A stretch of 32,150 nt of DNA, taken from NCBI GenBank assembly GCA_031421415.1, contig JANOOP010000193.1, positions 1 through 32,150 on the forward strand. The letters run 5' to 3'. Shown piece by piece: positions 8,649-17,737 of the stretch. The position numbers were made by a program, and so were the translations under genes. Below the pieces are notes generated by a model, which made no database searches, was not told the DNA's origin, and saw nothing but the letters and a program-made list of their open reading frames with translations. Source of the stretch: Candidatus Eiseniibacteriota bacterium (GTDB lineage: Bacteria > Eisenbacteria > RBG-16-71-46 > SZUA-252). Within the stretch, counting starts at the first letter, position 1. Each line of letters opens with the position of its first letter.

Positions 8649-10004
8649 ATGAATCCGACCAGCACCAGCACCAGCGTCCACGTGACGCCAGACCAGGTCC
8701 ACGCGACCCTGGCGAAGCACATGCTCGCCGACGGCTTCGACTTCGTCCTCGACCTCGACAAGAGCCAGGGGATCTGGCTCCACGATTCGAGAGGCCAGAA
8801 GAAGCTGATGGATTTCTTCTCCTTCTTCGCCTCGAACCCGCTCGGCATGAATCACCCCGGCATGAAAACGCCGGAGTTCCAGGCGCGCCTCCTGAAGGTG
8901 GCGCTTCACAACGTGACGAACAGCGACGTCTACACGACTGAGATGGCGGAGTTCGTCGAGACCTTCGCGCGCCACACGATGGAGCCGGTCTTCAAGCACG
9001 CCTTCTTCGTGGCGGGTGGGACGCTGGGCGTGGAGAACGCGCTCAAGGCCTCGTTCGACTGGAAGGTGCGGAAGAACCTCGCCCGCGGATATCGCGAGGA
9101 GCGCGGCACGAAGGTCCTCCACTTCGAGCAGGCGTTCCACGGCCGCTCGGGCTACACGCTGACGCTCACCAACACGACCGATCCGCGAAAGACGGCCTAC
9201 TTCCCGAAGTTCGACTGGCCGCGCGTGTCCAATCCGAAGGTGGTCTTCCCGCTCACCGCGGAGCGAGTCGCCGACGTGGCGGCCCGGGAAGCGCTCGCCG
9301 TCGCGCAGATGGAACGTGCGTTCGAGACACACAAGGACGACATCGCGGCGATCATCATCGAGCCGATCCAGGGCGAGGGCGGCGATAACCACTTCCGTCC
9401 TGAGTTCTTCAAGGAACTGCGCCGGATCGCCGACCAGTACGAAGCCATGCTCGTCTTCGACGAAGTGCAGGCGGGCTTCGGACTCACCGGCAAGTTCTGG
9501 TCGCACGAGCACTACGGCATCCGTCCCGACATGGTCGCCTTCGGCAAGAAGGCCCAGGTTTGCGGCTTCATCGCGACCGACCGGATCGAGGACGTGAAGG
9601 AGAACGTCTTCCACGTCTCCAGCCGAATCAATTCCACCTGGGGCGGGAACCTGGTCGACATGATCCGCTGCCAGCGCTACCTCGAGATCATGGTGGAGGA
9701 GAATCTGGTCGGGAACGCGGCGGCGCGCGGGGCGGAGCTTCTGGCCGGCCTCGAGTCGCTAGTGAAGGAGTTCCCGGAGCACGTGATGAACGCCCGCGGC
9801 AAGGGCCTCATGTGCGCCTTCGATCTTCGCGACGCGCAGCTTCGCGACAAGATCACCGCGAAGGCCTACGAGGAGGGCGTGGTGGTTCTCGGCTGCGGCT
9901 CGCAGTCGATCCGCTTCCGTCCCTCGCTCATCATCGGCAAGGCGGAAGTCGCCGAGGGTCTCGAGAAGTTCCGCACCAGCATCAAGAAGGCGATCGGGAA
10001 GTAG
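8649..10004 (+). CDS. lat: L-lysine 6-aminotransferase (class III PLP aminotransferase), 451 aa
   Basis: Class III aminotransferase body (FHGRSGYTLTLTN, IIIEPIQGEGGDNH, VFDEVQAGFGLTG) with PLP lysine context MVAFGKKAQVCG. N-terminus resembles Lat proteins. Paired with an Lrp regulator. RBS AGAGAGGAG upstream. Confidence 0.8.
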   Translation: MNPTSTSTSVHVTPDQVHATLAKHMLADGFDFVLDLDKSQGIWLHDSRGQKKLMDFFSFFASNPLGMNHPGMKTPEFQARLLKVALHNVTNSDVYTTEMAEFVETFARHTMEPVFKHAFFVAGGTLGVENALKASFDWKVRKNLARGYREERGTKVLHFEQAFHGRSGYTLTLTNTTDPRKTAYFPKFDWPRVSNPKVVFPLTAERVADVAAREALAVAQMERAFETHKDDIAAIIIEPIQGEGGDNHFRPEFFKELRRIADQYEAMLVFDEVQAGFGLTGKFWSHEHYGIRPDMVAFGKKAQVCGFIATDRIEDVKENVFHVSSRINSTWGGNLVDMIRCQRYLEIMVEENLVGNAAARGAELLAGLESLVKEFPEHVMNARGKGLMCAFDLRDAQLRDKITAKAYEEGVVVLGCGSQSIRFRPSLIIGKAEVAEGLEKFRTSIKKAIGK

Positions 10005-10036
10005 TTCCGCGGCGCTAGGCGAACGGAGGACTGCGC

Positions 10037-10066
10037 GGGGGACGCCGACGTGGCGTCCCCCGTTTA
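10037..10066 (+). terminator. GC-rich hairpin after lat (convergent with the MFS gene)
   Basis: GGGGGACGCC (10037-10046), loop GACGT, GGCGTCCCCC (10052-10061), a perfect 10-bp stem followed by GTTTAA. The T tract is short. Confidence 0.5.
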
Positions 10067-10070
10067 ATGG

Positions 10071-11288
10071 CTACGGCTTCTCCGCCGCCGGCTGGCGCCG
10101 CGGCAGCGATCCCGCGAGGAACGACGCGAACGCGAGGATCGTCCCCCCGATCCACAACGGACTGGTCGGTCCCAGCGTGTCGAAGGCGAGGCCACCGAGG
10201 AACGGACCGATCGTTCGCGCCAGACTCCCGAGCGCCTGATAGACGCCGAGCACGCTCCCTTGTTCGCCGGCCGCGGTCGCGATCGAGACCAATCCCGCCA
10301 GCGAGGGACTCGAGAGGCCGTTGCCGAGCGCCACGCCAGCCAGCGCCACGAGAAGCCAGGAGAAGGGCGGCGCGCCACCGGCGGCCAGCATCCCGGCCGC
10401 CAACAGAAGAAACCCGCTCCGCACCAGGCGCGGCTCCCCGAATCTTCGCGCCAATCGCCCCACCAGCCCGCCCTGCATCACCACGGCCAGGACGCCCATG
10501 TACGCGAGAAGGTACCCGACGTTCATGGCGCTGAGTCCATAGCGGTCGTGCCCGAACAGGGCGAACGTCGCCTCGAGTCCTGCGAAGCAGAGCGTGCCGA
10601 TGAAGTAGAGAAGCAGCACCGGCCTCACCGCCGGGCGCGCGAAGGCGTCGGTGAAGGCCGCGGTGAGCCCGGGACGCTCGCGCCGGTTCGCGGCGGCGGC
10701 CTCGCGCGCCTTCGGCGAGAGCGACTCCGGCAGCAGGAAGAAGGCGAGGATCGCCGCGACGAGGGCGAAGCCCGCGGACGCGAACGCCGGTACCGAATAG
10801 CCCCAGTGGCTCAGCGCCCCGCCGATGGCCGGACCGAACGTGAAGCCGAGGCCGAGCGCCGCGCCGATCATCCCCATCCCCTTCGTCCGCTCCTCGGGCG
10901 ACGTCGTGTCGGCGATGTAGGTCTGGGCGGTCGGCAGGACGGCGCCGGCGATCCCCGCGACGATGCGAGAGACGAAGAGAAGCCAGAGCGAGTGGGAGAA
11001 ACCGAACACTACGTAGGAGGCTGAAGTGACGATCAGGCTCCCCAGGAGGATCGGGCGGCGGCCGACGCGATCGGAGAGCCGGCCCCAGACCGGCGCGAAG
11101 AGAAACTGGAAGAACGAGAACGACGCCGAGAGGAGCCCGACCACGAGCCCGCCCGCGCCGTAGGTCTTCGCGTAATAGGGGAGAACGGGAAGGAGGAGCC
11201 CGAAGCCGAGCAGGTGAATGAAGACGGTGAGAAAGAGGACCACTCGCGGTCCAAGACCGGGGCCTCGTCTTCCGTCGGGGTGGGGCAT
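10071..11288 (-). CDS. MFS transporter (drug:H+ antiporter / Tet-like), 405 aa
   Basis: About 12 hydrophobic segments. MFS signature GRLSDRVGRRPILL after TM2. Confidence 0.85.
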   Translation of the reverse strand: MPHPDGRRGPGLGPRVVLFLTVFIHLLGFGLLLPVLPYYAKTYGAGGLVVGLLSASFSFFQFLFAPVWGRLSDRVGRRPILLGSLIVTSASYVVFGFSHSLWLLFVSRIVAGIAGAVLPTAQTYIADTTSPEERTKGMGMIGAALGLGFTFGPAIGGALSHWGYSVPAFASAGFALVAAILAFFLLPESLSPKAREAAAANRRERPGLTAAFTDAFARPAVRPVLLLYFIGTLCFAGLEATFALFGHDRYGLSAMNVGYLLAYMGVLAVVMQGGLVGRLARRFGEPRLVRSGFLLLAAGMLAAGGAPPFSWLLVALAGVALGNGLSSPSLAGLVSIATAAGEQGSVLGVYQALGSLARTIGPFLGGLAFDTLGPTSPLWIGGTILAFASFLAGSLPRRQPAAEKP

Positions 11289-11313
11289 CCGGCGATTCTA
11301 CTACAATGGCGCC

Positions 11314-11961
11314 ATGCCACGTCCGCTCCCCCGTTCCTTCTACGCGCGCCCGACGCTCACCGTGGCGCGCGAGCTGCTCGGCTCGGTCTTGACGCGCCGC
11401 CTTCCCGACGGCGAGATCCTGCGCGGTCGGATCGTGGAGACGGAGGCCTACGTGGGGGAGGCGGACAAGGCGTGTCACGCGCGCGCCGGCCGCACTCCGC
11501 GCACGGACGTGATGTACGGACCTCCCGGCATGGCGTACGTCTACCTCACGTACGGCATGCATCACCTTCTGAACGCCGTCGCCGAGCGCGAGGGTTTCCC
11601 GGCCGCGGTGCTGATCCGGGCGGCAGAACCGCTGGAGGGCCTCCCGCGAATGGCCCGTGCCCGCGGCACCGATCGTCCGCATCTCCTGATGAGCGGACCC
11701 GCCAAACTCTGCCAGGCCCTCGGCCTCGACCTCGAGCAGAACCGAGAGGATCTTCGCGGCAGGGTCGTCTGGATCGAGGAGGGGGATTCGATCCCCGATC
11801 GGGCCGTGGCGACCTCCCCCCGGATCGGATGCCAGACGGCCGCCCCTCCCTGGGATCGGATTCCCTGGCGAATGTTCCTCGAAGGTAATCCTTTCGTCAC
11901 CCCTGGCCGCCCCGTGGGAGCCCAAACTCGGGGTGGCAAAGCCCCGCGCCATCGGGAATAA
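11314..11961 (+). CDS. DNA-3-methyladenine glycosylase (Mpg/AAG family), 215 aa
   Basis: FYARPTLTVARELLGSVL, IVETEAYVGEADKACHA, MAYVYLTYGMHHLLN, GPAKLCQALG. Start at ATG 11314. The upstream part of ORF 11218.. overlaps the MFS gene. Confidence 0.85.
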   Translation: MPRPLPRSFYARPTLTVARELLGSVLTRRLPDGEILRGRIVETEAYVGEADKACHARAGRTPRTDVMYGPPGMAYVYLTYGMHHLLNAVAEREGFPAAVLIRAAEPLEGLPRMARARGTDRPHLLMSGPAKLCQALGLDLEQNREDLRGRVVWIEEGDSIPDRAVATSPRIGCQTAAPPWDRIPWRMFLEGNPFVTPGRPVGAQTRGGKAPRHRE

Positions 11962-12033
11962 TCGGGGTTCCCCCCGTCGCCCCCCGGGCCGGCGGGCGAT
12001 TCAACCCTCCACTTCATTCAAGCGAGGCCGCCC

Positions 12034-13299
12034 GTGGCTGGATTCCTGAGCGAGCAAAATCTCATGTGGCGTGAGCGCGCGCGCGCGGTCGCCGACAAGG
12101 TGGTCCGCCCGCTCGCCGCGAAATACGATCGGCTTCAAGAATATCCGTGGGAGATCAAGGATGCGCTGGCCGAGGCTGGCCTCATGGGCGTCTGGATCCC
12201 CAAGGAGTACGGCGGATCGGGGGGCGGCGTCCTCGATCTCTGCATCTGCGTCGAGGAGCTCTCCCGCGCCTGCGGCGGCGTCGGCGTTCTCTACGCCGTG
12301 AACGCGCTCGGGAGTTTTCCGATCCTCGTAGGAGGCACCGACGATCAGAAGAAGCGCTACCTCCCCGCGATTGCCACGGGGGAGAAGCTGATCTCCTTCG
12401 GCCTCTCCGAGAAGTTCGCCGGGAGTGACGCCGCCAGCCTTCACGCCCGCGCCGTTCGCGACGGCGACCACTGGGTGCTGAACGGCGAGAAGAAGTGGAA
12501 CACGAACGGCGGCGCCGCCGATATCTACACGGTGTTTGCGGTCAGCGATCCGAATTCCAAGTCGCGGCGCATCTCCGCGTTCATCGTGGAGAAGGGAACG
12601 CCCGGATTCCGGATCGGCAAGGTGGAGGACAAGATGGGAATCCGCTGCGTTCCCGTCGTGGAACTCCACTTCGAGAATTGCCGCATCCCGGAGAAGAACC
12701 TCCTGGGCGAGATTGCCGGGCACGGCTTCAGGCACGCCATGCAGACGCTCGATCGCGCCCGCCCCGGCGTGGCGGCGCAGGGGATGGGGCTCGCGGCGGG
12801 AGCGCTGGATTACGCCACCGTCTATGCCGGTTTTCGCGAGCAGTTCGACGCGCCGATCATCTCGTTTCAGATGATCCAGGCGATGCTGGCCGACATGGCG
12901 ACCCGCGTGGAGGCGTCGCGGCATCTGATCTACGCGGCGGCGAAGGCGGTGGACGACGGGGCCCCGAACGTCTCGAAGCTCGCGGCCATGTGCAAGCTCT
13001 TCGCCACCGACACGGCGATGCAGGTGACGACCGACGCCGTGCAGATCTTCGGCGGCTACGGCTACATGAAGGACTATCCGATCGAGAAGTACATGCGCGA
13101 CGCGAAGATCACGCAAATCTACGAGGGGACGAACCAGGTCCAGCGCCTCGTGATCACGCGGTCGCTCATCAAGGAGTCGCACAGCCTCAAGTACCTCCTC
13201 GACTACGTGCCGAAGGAAGTCCAACAGGGAGTGAACGACGCCGAGACGCTCGCGCGGAAGGCGGCCGCCACGGCGCCGCCGGAGACCGCGACGGCCTAG
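12034..13299 (+). CDS. Acyl-CoA dehydrogenase, 421 aa
   Basis: ACAD motifs (FGLSEKFAGSDAASL, GEKKWNTNG, QIFGGYGYMKDYPIEKYMRDAKITQIYEGTNQVQRLVI). GTG start with GAGG 6 nt upstream. About 40-aa C-terminal extension. Confidence 0.9.
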   Translation: MAGFLSEQNLMWRERARAVADKVVRPLAAKYDRLQEYPWEIKDALAEAGLMGVWIPKEYGGSGGGVLDLCICVEELSRACGGVGVLYAVNALGSFPILVGGTDDQKKRYLPAIATGEKLISFGLSEKFAGSDAASLHARAVRDGDHWVLNGEKKWNTNGGAADIYTVFAVSDPNSKSRRISAFIVEKGTPGFRIGKVEDKMGIRCVPVVELHFENCRIPEKNLLGEIAGHGFRHAMQTLDRARPGVAAQGMGLAAGALDYATVYAGFREQFDAPIISFQMIQAMLADMATRVEASRHLIYAAAKAVDDGAPNVSKLAAMCKLFATDTAMQVTTDAVQIFGGYGYMKDYPIEKYMRDAKITQIYEGTNQVQRLVITRSLIKESHSLKYLLDYVPKEVQQGVNDAETLARKAAATAPPETATA

Positions 13300-13321
13300 G
13301 GATGTCCCCGGAGACCCCTCC

Positions 13322-13804
13322 ATGACCGTGACCATGACCTCGCTGACGCCGATCAAGATCGGGGAGAAGGCACCCGACTTCACGTTGAAGGACCAGGTAG
13401 GCAACGCCGTGTCGCTCTCCTCGTTCCTGGGGAAGCAAAACGTCGTGCTCGTCTTCTATCCGCTCTCTTTCACCAGCGTCTGCGCGGTGCAGATGCCGGG
13501 GTACAGCAAGGAGCGGCAGCGATTCGAGGACCACGACGCCCAGGTGCTCGGCATCTCCGTCGACTCCTCGGCGGTCCACAAGGCGTTCGCGGAGAGCGTC
13601 GGGGTCGAGTTTCCGCTGCTGGCGGACTTCTATCCGCACGGAGCCGTCGCCATGGCGTACGGCGTCTTCCGGGAGGAGGGCTTCGCGGAGCGTTCGACCT
13701 TCGTCATCGACAAGCGGGGCATCGTCCGCTACGCGGAGCTCCACGAATTCGGCCGGGTGCCCGATCGCGCCAAGACGATCGAGGCGCTGAGCGGCCTCGA
13801 CTGA
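13322..13804 (+). CDS. Peroxiredoxin, AhpE-like (AhpC/TSA family), 160 aa
   Basis: KAPDFTLKD...VVLVFYPLSFTSVC peroxidatic Cys context. Confidence 0.85.
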   Translation: MTVTMTSLTPIKIGEKAPDFTLKDQVGNAVSLSSFLGKQNVVLVFYPLSFTSVCAVQMPGYSKERQRFEDHDAQVLGISVDSSAVHKAFAESVGVEFPLLADFYPHGAVAMAYGVFREEGFAERSTFVIDKRGIVRYAELHEFGRVPDRAKTIEALSGLD

Positions 13805-14604
13805 TGCGGCGCGCGCGGATCCTCCTCCTTTCAATCCTGCTACTGGGCGCGGCGGCGTGGTTTCCGCCTCGAGCCCTCGCCTCGTCTCCCCCCGCCGCCG
13901 ACGTCGACCCCGAGAGCGCGGGAATCGTTCGCGCGATGACCGACGCCATGGGCGGCCAGGAAACGTGGGACCGGCTTCCCTATTTCCGCTTCGACTTCGT
14001 CGTGGTGCGGGAAGGCAAGGAGGTCGCGCGGTTTCGCCACTGGTGGGACAAGCGGAACGGGCGCTGCCGCGTGGAGGGGCCGGACGACCAGGGGAAGCAG
14101 GTCGCCGCCATCTTCACGCTCGCCGACAGGAAGGGATCCGCCTTCGTGGAGGGAATCGGGGAAAGCGACTCGGCGCGCGTCGCGGCGATCGTTCAGAACG
14201 GATACGAGCGCTGGGTGAACGATACCTACTGGATCACGATGCCGTTCAAGCTGCGCGATCCCGGCGTGCGAATCCGCTACGCACGGAACGAGCGGACGCT
14301 CGAGACGGTCTACGACGTCCTCGAACTCTCGTTCGTCGCAGGCACGGGGCTCACATCGGACGACCGCTACTGGCTCTACGTGAATCGCAAGACCCACCTG
14401 ATCGATCGCTGGGACTACGTGCTGACCGGCCAGAAACCGCCTCCCTCGGGCGCCTCCTGGGAGGCGTGGACCGGCATCGGTCCCGTGAAGCTCGCGCTCC
14501 AGCGCCGCTTCCAGGGGAAACCGGTCATGCTCCGCTTCGAGAACGTGGCGGCGCCGGCCGCATTTGACGAAAGCGTCTTCACATTCTCCACCGTTCGAAA
14601 CTAG
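13804..14604 (+). CDS. Secreted protein of unknown function, 266 aa
   Basis: ATG overlaps the peroxiredoxin stop (TGATG). Signal peptide MRRARILLLSILLLGAAAWFPPRALA. No family recognised. Confidence 0.6.
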   Translation: MRRARILLLSILLLGAAAWFPPRALASSPPAADVDPESAGIVRAMTDAMGGQETWDRLPYFRFDFVVVREGKEVARFRHWWDKRNGRCRVEGPDDQGKQVAAIFTLADRKGSAFVEGIGESDSARVAAIVQNGYERWVNDTYWITMPFKLRDPGVRIRYARNERTLETVYDVLELSFVAGTGLTSDDRYWLYVNRKTHLIDRWDYVLTGQKPPPSGASWEAWTGIGPVKLALQRRFQGKPVMLRFENVAAPAAFDESVFTFSTVRN

Positions 14605-14619
14605 ATCCACCCACCTCAC

Positions 14620-14648
14620 TTGAACCGCAAGCCCATTGCGGGTAGGAT
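14620..14648 (+). promoter_or_regulatory. Candidate sigma70-type promoter upstream of the bcp fusion gene
   Basis: TTGAAC (14620-14625), 17-nt spacer, TAGGAT (14643-14648). The spacer holds the inverted repeat CGCAA-gccca-TTGCG. Confidence 0.45.
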
Positions 14649-14738
14649 GCCGCGAAACGGAGCGGCAGAAGGCCCGCGGCGTGCGAGGCCAAGAATTCCG
14701 CTAAGATTCTGTATTACAAGCAGATAGAGGGGGAACTC

Positions 14739-15677
14739 GTGGCTCCGAAGAGCGCCAGCAAGGGATCGGGGAAGAAGCAACCGAAGGCCTCCCCGCAGGG
14801 AAAGGCCAAGAAGACGGCAGCCCCCTCCGCCCGGAAGGCTACGAAGCAGGCCGTGAGTCCGGCTGTCAAGAAGGCGGCCAAGCCGGCGGCGAAGGTCGCC
14901 CCGATCAAGTTCGCGACGAAGGACCGGGCCATGGTCCCGGCCAAGCCCGCCGCCAAGACGCCCGCGCGCCCCGTCGTGAGAACGGCCGCGCCCAAGGGCG
15001 CTCCCGCGCCGATCGGAAAAATGGGCGGGAAGGGAAGGATGGGCGGCAAGAGCGGCTCCGGCGCCCACCACGGATCCGAGCCCGGCGGCCACGAGCGGGT
15101 GGGGCTGGAATTCGAGATGGTGGAACCGCCGATCCCGGTGGTGGTCCACGAGCCGCCGATCCTTCCGACTCCGTCGCGCCGCAAGCCGAAGCCCGGCTCG
15201 CCCGATTGGCCCGGCGAGGGACTCACGGTCGGCATGGAAGCGCCCGCCATCTCGCTTCCGAGCACGCTGGGGCGCAAGGTCACCCTGGCCGAATTCCGCG
15301 GCAAGCGCGTCGTGCTCTACTTCTATCCCAAGGACGACACGCCCGGCTGCACCATGGAAGCGTGCGGGTTTCGCGACAACATGTCGCGCATCACGTCGAA
15401 GGACGCCGTCGTTCTCGGCATCAGCCTCGACGATGAACTCAGCCATCAGCGGTTCGCGCAGAAGTACAACCTCCAGTTCCCGCTTCTCTCCGACGTCGAC
15501 GCCGCCATCTGCCGGCGATTCGGCGCGTACAAGGAGAAGAGCCTCTATGGGCGGTCGTTCTGGGGTGTCGAGCGCACGACCTTCGTCATCGACCGGGAGG
15601 GGAAGGTGGAAAACGTCTTCCGCCGCGTAAAGGTCGAAGGCCACGCCGATGAGGTTCTCGCCACGCTTTCCGTCTAG
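14739..15677 (+). CDS. bcp: Bcp/PrxQ-type peroxiredoxin with an approximately 160-aa N-terminal extension whose first ~100 aa are Lys/Ala/Pro-rich, 312 aa
   Basis: C-terminal domain: RVVLYFYPKDDTPGCTMEACGF (CxxxxC of Bcp/PrxQ). N-terminus: KKAAKPAAKVAP, AKPAAKTPARP, about 21 Lys in the first 100 residues. GTG start with GAGGGGG 6 nt upstream. Confidence 0.8.
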   Translation: MAPKSASKGSGKKQPKASPQGKAKKTAAPSARKATKQAVSPAVKKAAKPAAKVAPIKFATKDRAMVPAKPAAKTPARPVVRTAAPKGAPAPIGKMGGKGRMGGKSGSGAHHGSEPGGHERVGLEFEMVEPPIPVVVHEPPILPTPSRRKPKPGSPDWPGEGLTVGMEAPAISLPSTLGRKVTLAEFRGKRVVLYFYPKDDTPGCTMEACGFRDNMSRITSKDAVVLGISLDDELSHQRFAQKYNLQFPLLSDVDAAICRRFGAYKEKSLYGRSFWGVERTTFVIDREGKVENVFRRVKVEGHADEVLATLSV

Positions 15678-17121
15678 CGTGCGCCGCACCAAGATCGTCG
15701 CCACGCTCGGGCCCGCATCGGCCACGCCCGCCGTCCTCGCGCGAATGATCCGCGCGGGGCTCGACGTGGCGCGGCTCAATTTTTCCCACGGCACCGGTCG
15801 CGATCACACGCGCGCCTTCCGCCTCGTCCGCTCCGTCTCCGCGCGCGCCGGCAAAAACGTCGGCATCCTCCTCGACCTCCAGGGCCCCCGCATCCGGGTC
15901 GGCGAGCTCGAGGGCGGCTCGGTCAAGGTGGCGAACGGCGTGGAAATCCTCCTTACGAGCCACCGGGGACTGGGCGACGCGACGCACATTCCCATCTCCT
16001 ATCCCGACCTCCTTCGCGACGTGCGGAACGGAGACCGGGTGCTGATCGACGACGGCCTGGTGGAGTTGAAGGTGACCGCGCGCGTCCGCGGAGGACTCCG
16101 TGCGCGTGTCGTTCGCGGCGGCGTCATCTCGGACCACAAGGGAGTCAATTTCCCCGGCGTGCGGCTCGGCGTGCCAGCCCTGACGGCGAAGGATCGAAAC
16201 GATCTGAAGCTGGGGCTCGACCTGGGCGTCGACTACGTGGCGCTCTCGTTCGTGCGCGGCCCCGACGACATCGTGGGGCTCCGCCGGCTCATGCGGGGGG
16301 TGAAGCACCAGCCGCTCGTGATCGCGAAGATCGAGCGGCGCGAGGCGATCGAGAACCTCGAGGCGATCCTGGACGTCGCCGACGGCGTCATGGTGGCGCG
16401 CGGCGACCTGGGCGTGGAGTACCCCACGGAGCGGGTGCCGATTCTCCAGAAGCGGATCATCGATCGCGCGAACCGTCGCGAGGTGCTGGTCATCACCGCG
16501 ACGCAGATGCTCGAATCCATGGTCCATGCCAGCCGCCCCACGCGGGCCGAGGCCTCGGACGTGGCCAACGCCATCTTCGACGGCACCGACGCGGTCATGC
16601 TGAGCGCCGAGACGGCGGTCGGGCGCTATCCCGACGCGGCCGTCGCGACGATGGCCAGGATCGCGTCGGAAGCCGACGAATTCTCCGCCACGACGAGAGT
16701 GCCGCGCCGTTCCGACGGCTCCACGCTCGCGTCCCCGACCCACGCGCTGGCGCACACGGCCTACCAGGCGGCCCGGGAGATCCGGGCACGCTCGCTGGTC
16801 GTCTTCACCCACACCGGCTACTCCGCGCGGCTGGTCAGCAAGTCGAGGCCGGCGCAGACCATCCTCGCCCTCTGCCCGCTCCGCTCCACCTGCCGCAGGC
16901 TCTCCCTGGCCTGGGGGGTGGTGCCGATCCAGGTGCCGATGTGGAGGACGGCGGGCGGAATGGTGGAGGCCGGCCTCCGGATCCTGATCCGGATGAAGGT
17001 CCTCCGGACGGGCGACTGGGTGGTGGCCATGGCCGGGACCACGACTCGCTCGGGCGGCACGAATTTGCTCCGCATCCTGCAACAGGGGCGTCCTCCTGAC
17101 CGCCCTCCCGGAGCACGTTGA
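15649..17121 (+). CDS. pyk: Pyruvate kinase, 490 aa
   Basis: RRTKIVATLGPAS, ARLNFSHG, MVARGDLGVE, ITATQMLESM and a C-terminal regulatory domain. ATG 15649 overlaps bcp by 29 nt. In-frame GTG 15679 is an alternative start. Confidence 0.9.
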   Translation: MRFSPRFPSSVRRTKIVATLGPASATPAVLARMIRAGLDVARLNFSHGTGRDHTRAFRLVRSVSARAGKNVGILLDLQGPRIRVGELEGGSVKVANGVEILLTSHRGLGDATHIPISYPDLLRDVRNGDRVLIDDGLVELKVTARVRGGLRARVVRGGVISDHKGVNFPGVRLGVPALTAKDRNDLKLGLDLGVDYVALSFVRGPDDIVGLRRLMRGVKHQPLVIAKIERREAIENLEAILDVADGVMVARGDLGVEYPTERVPILQKRIIDRANRREVLVITATQMLESMVHASRPTRAEASDVANAIFDGTDAVMLSAETAVGRYPDAAVATMARIASEADEFSATTRVPRRSDGSTLASPTHALAHTAYQAAREIRARSLVVFTHTGYSARLVSKSRPAQTILALCPLRSTCRRLSLAWGVVPIQVPMWRTAGGMVEAGLRILIRMKVLRTGDWVVAMAGTTTRSGGTNLLRILQQGRPPDRPPGAR

Positions 17122-17147
17122 CAGGCGACCGGACATTCCGGTAAACT
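17118..17147 (+). promoter_or_regulatory. Candidate sigma70-type promoter for the A-type Fe-S carrier gene
   Basis: TTGACA (17118-17123, overlapping the pyk stop), 18-nt spacer, TAAACT (17142-17147). Leaves a leader of about 120 nt before ATG 17272. Confidence 0.5.
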
Positions 17148-17271
17148 TAACGATAGATAAGGACGCATCTTCGGGGCTCGGCCCGCATCTGAACCCGTTG
17201 GGCACGCAGTTTGCACCCCATCGAGGCGGAGCCCGAGAGGGACATAGGTAGAATCGGAGGATTCCAAGGTC

Positions 17272-17709
17272 ATGGTCACCCTGAGCGAAAAGGCTGCTTC
17301 GGAACTCAAGTCCATCATGGATCAGAACGGAGGCACGTTCGTAGGCGTCCGCGTCTTCGTTGCCGGCGGTGGCTGCTCCGGTCTTCAGTACGGGATGCAA
17401 ATCGCCGACGAGCCGCCCACGGCCGAAGATCTCGTCTTCGATCACGACGGCGTGAAGGTCATCGTGGATAACCAGAGCCATCAGCACCTCGAAGGTGCGT
17501 CGATCGACTTCGACGACTCCCTGCAGGGCGGCGGCTTCAAGATCAACAATCCGAACGCGGTCAAGTCGTGCGGCTGCGGCAATTCCTTCTCCAGCGGTGA
17601 GGAGGAAGGCGCGCAGGGCGGAGGCTGCGGCAGCGGCGGTGGCGGCAGCAGCGGCGGTGGCAACGGCGGTGGCGGAGGCGGCGGTGGTTGCGGCTGCGGA
17701 GGCCTCTAG
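17272..17709 (+). CDS. A-type iron-sulfur cluster carrier (IscA/ErpA/HesB family) with a 39-aa Gly/Cys-rich C-terminal tail, 145 aa
   Basis: Conserved Cys triad: C35 (GGGCSG) and C100/C102 (CGCGNSF). RBS GGAGGA upstream. Tail residues 107-145 are SSGEEEGAQGGGCGSGGGGSSGGGNGGGGGGGGCGCGGL. Confidence 0.85.
   Translation: MVTLSEKAASELKSIMDQNGGTFVGVRVFVAGGGCSGLQYGMQIADEPPTAEDLVFDHDGVKVIVDNQSHQHLEGASIDFDDSLQGGGFKINNPNAVKSCGCGNSFSSGEEEGAQGGGCGSGGGGSSGGGNGGGGGGGGCGCGGL
17610..17706 (+). repeat. (GGN)n simple-sequence tract encoding the Gly/Cys tail
   Basis: Read directly: a run of ggc/ggt/gga/agc/tgc codons. Confidence 0.7.
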
Positions 17710-17737
17710 GCCCCTGGCTATTGGATCGGTAGACTCG

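Noticed and set aside
10015-11952. 645-aa minus-strand ORF, the longest in this region
   Set aside because: It is Arg/Gly/Pro-rich with no motifs. It overlaps the well-supported MFS gene in another frame and lies antisense to the Mpg glycosylase gene. This is a typical high-GC shadow ORF.
12001-13404. 467-aa minus-strand ORF
   Set aside because: It lies antisense to a clear acyl-CoA dehydrogenase. Its composition is low-complexity and Arg/Asp/Leu/Gly-rich.
14591-14601. GTTCGAA string resembling a tRNA T-loop
   Set aside because: It lies inside the last codons of the 13804..14604 CDS, and no flanking acceptor or anticodon stems are evident. No tRNA-like structure was seen in any intergenic gap either.
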